Part shown: in pieces, positions 57,723 to 64,000 of the stretch
Numbering within the stretch: the stretch's first letter is position 1
How the letters are laid out: every line of letters starts with the position of its first letter
NCBI GenBank assembly: GCA_964016885.1
Contig: OZ024755.1
Span: forward strand, 13,950,001 to 14,014,000
Length of the DNA: 64,000 nt
Direction of reading: 5' to 3'
DNA from: Eledone cirrhosa
Lineage: Eukaryota
Program-made: the position numbers and the translations under genes
Notes under the pieces: model-generated
The model's input: only the letters and a program-made list of their open reading frames with translations
The model's database searches: none
Told to the model about the DNA's origin: nothing

Positions 57723-58424
57723 CACAGCGAAATCGAAATCACTGGCTATCGATCTTTCTCACTTTCTCTCTTACTCTGTCCCTCACACACACATACACAC
57801 TCTCTCTAATTCGGATGTGTCCAAACCTAAAGTAGTTTGTCACGACTGCACACCATCTAAGCCATGAGAAGGGAAGGAACCATGGCTAAACGCATGGACT
57901 GTAGGACTGTGGGAGGCTCTACCATGTGTCAACAGCATGCTCTAGCATATATGAAATATATACTGTAGCATACGATGCCATAAGCAGTGAAGGATCAATG
58001 ATTAGGACTATGTATTTTAGGATTGTAGACTCATGCATCTGTCAAATATATACTATAGCATATGATTGCTGTATGCTATTGAGATACTGCAGCATCAATG
58101 GACCTTACAATATAGATCTGTCAACTATAAACTTTAACATCGAACTTTATAAAACCAATTTGAGGTGATAAGCAGACTTTCAAAGATTACTGTAATGTGT
58201 TTAAATATTTCTCTTTGCCTCTACACCACCTGTTATCTCTAATAAAATAAATGGTTGTGTGAATTAAAATAATAACTTATATGTGAGCAAGTTTATTAAA
58301 TTAACATATAACATAAATGTTTAACTGTCGTTATTATCTATCAAGTTATATCTTCAGCTGCATATATTCCTGTTTCTCTATATATGTATTATGCGTACGT
58401 AACTGTATGGATGCACACACTCAC

Positions 58425-58497
<73 letters not shown>

Positions 58498-58550
58498 TGT
58501 GTGTGTGCATCCATACAGTTACGTACGCATCAGTATATATATATATATAT

Positions 58551-58583
<33 letters not shown>

Positions 58584-58804
58584 CATACATATAAGATGTA
58601 TCTGTATATAAATATTTACCTATAATGTAATGCATATATAAAATATGCACATTTAATGTATATATATATGTGTGTTTGTGTGTATGCATGTATATATAAA
58701 CATATATATATACATATGCTTTATACATAATATACATATATATATTTATATATAAAGTATTCATACGAAATATATATATATATATAGATATGTAATGGAT
58801 GTAT

Positions 58805-58839
<35 letters not shown>

Positions 58840-59612
58840 ATATATGCATGTGTATGTGTTTTGAATAAAGAATATCTGTTGATTACCTGTAATTAAATGT
58901 ATCCAGAAAATCAAAGCCAACCACAAACTCAGGCCAGACATAAAACATACGGCTACACTTCACCTCACAGATCCTACCATCAGATGCAAGTGTAACCTTG
59001 GAGAAGATGTTCCTCCAGCTCTGGCTCCATCTCCAATTTAACTAACCACCGAGTCGCCCTAATCACTGGTATGGTGAAGTCGGAGATTGTCAACCTGCAG
59101 CCATCATTTTACGTAGTTTCTATATAATAATTAACGTTATCTGCAGCGACTAAGACCCCATTGAGTAATTGGCCATGCTCTACCACTTCAGTGCGCTTCC
59201 TGAAATTTCCTAAACTATAAGCCGTCAAAGAACCTCCGAGATTAAACGTAAGCCCCAATAAACCCGAATAAACTAACGGCGTTTAGCCATGTGCCCAGCA
59301 GATGCACGACCAAATAAAGAGCCATTAAACCGGAATATATATCATTATAAACCTTACTTCAGACCAATAGAGAATAAAGCCGACCCAGAAAACACGAAAA
59401 TATAAAAGAAAATGTTTACCGCGATTTATTTCACAATTCATACGGCACTAGATAAGTTATACTAACATGAAACTTAAATAGATTACTATCTAAATAAATC
59501 AAATTAATCCCAAATAGATAAATATTACTTAAATATACAATATTAAAACAGCTATAGATACGTACTCACAAACTCACACACATACGCACATACACACACT
59601 TATGTATATATA

Positions 59613-59681
<69 letters not shown>

Positions 59682-59707
59682 AGATTTTACATCTTTCACT
59701 CTCTCTC

Positions 59708-59748
<41 letters not shown>

Positions 59749-60078
59749 GGCTTCAATACATCTACATATAAAGATAGAAATTTAATTGTATATACAATAA
59801 AGACTGAATAAAGCCATTATCTAAATTAAAAACACGCATGCCTTAAGACTATCCCTTCAAACATATATATCGCTTCAAAAGAAATATAATAAGCTCTCCT
59901 GTCTTGAACATCCCAGATAATACAGCATTAACGCTTCCATCTACACCAACATAAACAGAATAATATACATGTATATGTGTGTGTGTGTGTGCGTGTATTA
60001 CACATATAAAGTTTATATATAATATATAAATTTACACATAATATATACATATATAATATATATACATAATATAGATTA

Positions 60079-60610
60079 ATCATCATCATCATCATCAACA
60101 TTATCATTTAATATCCGTCTTCCATGTTAGCAAGGTTTGAGTCAGTACTCATGTGGAGTTACTGATCTCTCAGTTGGGCCGGGCACCTACATCTCGTTTA
60201 CATATGTTCCTACGCTCTACCGAGTACATTTTAACGTATCACCATCAATAGTGAGATTATCATGCCATTGATAACATCGCAACCTTTTATTTGTCAGATC
60301 TTTTAAGGCTGGGTGATCTTCCTCTCACAAACCACTTGTTTATCGTGTAGATCACCAAAACACTTGAGATTTTCATGTCATCGACCTTTTGTTTGGCAAG
60401 CATTCTCCGGCAGGATAGCTTTATATCCACCTCCTTGCAGTGTATGCTGGGAGCGTTTATCGTGTATATCACCAATAAGAGAAATTTGACCTGCTTTTAA
60501 CACAACCTTTTAGCGTAGTTTCTGCAGCAGGATGCCCTTACTATCACTAACAAACCAGATGTACTGGATGCCATTTTTCGTAATATCAACACTAGAGAGA
60601 TTGTCGCCTA
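60079..60610 (-). mobile_element. Decayed retroposon with (GAT)n tail, probably RTE-related
   Basis: (CAT)n followed by tttaatatccgtcttccatgttagca...ggatgcccttact; recognised from memory as a common octopus repeat. Confidence 0.45.
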
Positions 60611-60910
60611 TTAACTTATAAGTAAAGTACTCGCTACTCTAGGGCGAGGAAAGAGAGAGGATGGTAGGTATGTTGTCATGGGGCATAACAAGTGTGTTGG
60701 GATGTTGGGATAGGGGCAACATACTATATAGAATGGGAAGGGGGTATTGTGATGTTAGCAGCTATTACGACGGTATGATTGGCGCGTCAGGATGACATAT
60801 AATATATTATGTATTATATATAATATACATTATCAATATTATATATTATGCATATATATTCAGAGAGAGATGCACGAATGCATTAAGATAATGTAAGTTT
60901 TTAGTGGGTG

Positions 60911-60948
<38 letters not shown>

Positions 60949-61289
60949 TATCTCCCTATCTATCTCTGTGTATGTCTGTATGTCTTTAAGTTGGCATTTG
61001 TGTTCCTGTGAATTTTGCATATGTTACCATTCCCGTAATATTTGATTAAGGATGTCATATATATTTTCATTGTTATGCAAAGCCATAGATATGAGTCAGC
61101 ATAAAACAAACATTTAAATATATACACATGTCTGTTTGTGTATGTGTGTGTATTTGTTCATGTATACAACTTATATATATATATATATGTGTATATATAT
61201 AAACATATACATTTAAATATATGTATATGTATATATGTCTGTGTGCAATGTATGTCTGTCAGTATACATATATAAGTATATATATTATA

Positions 61290-61349
<60 letters not shown>

Positions 61350-61898
61350 TTATATATATACTTATATATGTATACTGACAGACATATATATGCATGTATG
61401 TATTGTTATATATCTGTATGTATGTATATATTTTTATATGTATGTATATATGTATGTGTATATATATATATAGATATATAGATATATAAATATATATATA
61501 TATGTGTTTATATTTATGTTTATATTTATTTATATGTATTTATATGTTTATATTTATTTATTTACGTTCACTATTCAGAGCAATATCGATAAGCATGTTT
61601 GTGATTCGGTTATCATTATCTTCAGTAATAGTGTTATCAATGTTGTTATTGTGTTGTTATTAATATCTTTATCATCATCATTGCCATTGTCGTCATCAAT
61701 ATCATCGTTACTAGCAGCATCACCATCATGAGCAGCATCATCATCAACGTCATCATGATCAGAATCGTCACCACTCTAATATTCATCATCATCACCATCA
61801 TCATCACCATCATCATCGTCATCATTATCATCATCATTATCATCATCATTATCATCATTATCATCATTATCACCATCATCACAACCAAAACAATCACC

Positions 61899-62285
61899 CT
61901 TTTGACTTTGGTACAATGCCAGTAATTCGGGGAAATGGGTAAACTGAATTAAATCGAACCAATACTTAACTGGTACTTTATTTTATCGACCCCGGAGTGT
62001 TGTGTTTGAACTCAGAACATAGACAGTTGTAACTACATATTTCTGACTATTTCTAACAATTCTGCCAATCCACCATCCTAATTAGCACAAAAATAAAAAT
62101 TGTTTCTAATTTTGGCACAAGGCCAGCAAATATCCCAGTGCATTACTGGTACTTTATTTTATCGACCCCCTAAGGATGAAATGCAAAGTTAACCTCGTCG
62201 GCAGGATTTGAACTCAGATTGTAAAGGACCGTAACTCCATGCTGTAAAGCAAGGCGTCCGACCCTCTAACGATACTGCCAATCCA
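61899..62285 (-). mobile_element. Two tandem SINEs (61899-62075 and 62098-62285)
   Basis: Both contain ctggtactttattttatcgacccc...ttgaactcaga...ctgccaatcca. Confidence 0.8.
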
Positions 62286-63124
62286 AATAATAATCATTGT
62301 CATCACTATCATCTTCATTACCATCATCATCGTCATCACCATCATCGTTATCACTATCATTTTCATCAACATCGTTACCATAAAAATCATCATATCCACT
62401 ATTATCATCATGAATCCCACTAGCACCATCGCTGCCACTACCACCGCTACCATCATTATCCTCACCATCGCCATCATCACCATCGTAGAAAAAGGGACAT
62501 ATTAAACACAACATCCATAACTTAGCCAGTATCTCTTATAATAAGTACGTCATTCATTGAAATTTAATTAGAAACAGATCATTAAGAAATCTATTAGTAC
62601 AAGGTTGATTATAAAGTGTTCATATGATGTTAATTGCGACTATTTACTGTCTCCAACTACGTCACACTTATAGAATGAACACCTTACCTCATATATTATA
62701 AGTATTATGTTTTGTGTATATATATACATACACACATACACACATATATATATATATATATATCGGTGGTGAGGAGAAGGGGGAGTGGTATGTATGGGCG
62801 ACTGCTGGTCTTCCACAAACAATCCTTCCCGGATTTGTGCCTCGGAAAAGAACTCTCTAGGTACAAATCCCGAACGGGGTATTTATCTATCTATCTATCT
62901 ATATTTATATCTATATCTATATATATATATATATTATTATATATATTATATATATTATATATATTATTATTATTGTTTATATAATATATGTTTTATGTCC
63001 TTTTTTTTTTCTTTTCTTATATAAATAATAAAAATATTTACACGCACAAAACCCACATCGTACCGTCCTGTGCCGTCTGTAATGTTTTTCTTGATGTCAG
63101 CCCTTGTGGCCAATAAAGAAATCA

Positions 63125-63139
63125 TCATTATTATTATTA

Positions 63140-63197
<58 letters not shown>

Positions 63198-63440
63198 TCC
63201 TACTACACTTTCTATATCCACCCGTACTTGGTTGTCCATTGATGTAAGGGGTATTTGTTGCTGTTGCCATTATTTGTACTTCTTTTCGTGCAGTAGATTC
63301 ATCTGGGATCTTAGTTAGCAGAAAGTTGAGATGCTTCTTGAAAACATTTACATCCACACCGTGTATTTCGCTCACATGTTTGGCAGCTTATGTAAGAGCT
63401 GTCGTGTGCCCCAGTATGACCGCCGTCAAATTTTTGAAAC
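63125..63440 (-). pseudogene. LINE (CR1/L2-like) 3' end with (AAT)n tail
   Basis: EIHGVDVNVFKKHLNFLLTKIPDESTARKEVQIMATATN matches the FK..LD..L..IPDEP....AA..NS C-terminal pattern, followed by a short UTR and (AAT)n. Confidence 0.7.
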
Positions 63441-63465
63441 CAATAAAAGTTTATATATATGTTTG

Positions 63466-63527
<62 letters not shown>

Positions 63528-63856
63528 GCCTACTTATATATATATATACATATGTATGTATAATATTTGTGGTTATATGTGTATAATTATAATTACAATT
63601 CAAATTTAATTTCAATTATATTTTCTCTATTGTTAATTGTATTTAGACATTTATAATGAGCGCCATTTATGTAGTATTTAATAAAAGGCTAATATTCAAG
63701 CATCAGCATTTCTTTCATTGTTATAACTGCACTACATTAATACTAACATACATACACAAGCATAAATACTTACATACATATATTCTCAAGTACATATATA
63801 TATATATATGTACATAAAACGCAAATATACATTCACAAATACCCATACGAATGTCA

Positions 63857-63971
<115 letters not shown>

Positions 63972-64000
63972 TGGTCCTATTGTTATGGTGCTTGATATTG

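Overview
AT-rich, microsatellite-dense eukaryotic genomic DNA. The SINE families look like those I recall from octopus/coleoid genomes, but that is an inference. The only host coding sequence I can support is one 306-nt internal exon (8679-8984, +) encoding the cyclic-nucleotide-binding domain of a CNG channel, so most of the window is probably very large introns of that gene. Almost every other ORF in the track is a microsatellite artefact. The repeats include tRNA-derived SINEs, Tc1/mariner-type MITEs, decayed LINE 3' ends and two copies of a 606-608 bp bipartite RTE-derived element. The main unexplained signal is a set of at least ten mutually unrelated short elements inserted in or beside (TA)n tracts. 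They carry type I hammerhead ribozyme (HHR) folds and often have an inverted 5' copy plus a unique 3' tail, as Penelope-like retroelements do. Several HHRs are non-canonical: a U3-A8 compensatory core, a family-wide U4A core, palindromic stem III and a recurring C-C mismatch in stem II. One insertion folds back exactly at the predicted cleavage site. Also present are an array of eight NRF1-type GCGCATGCGC motifs and several (TA)n-centred palindromes up to 558 bp. All folds were paired by eye and none has been tested.
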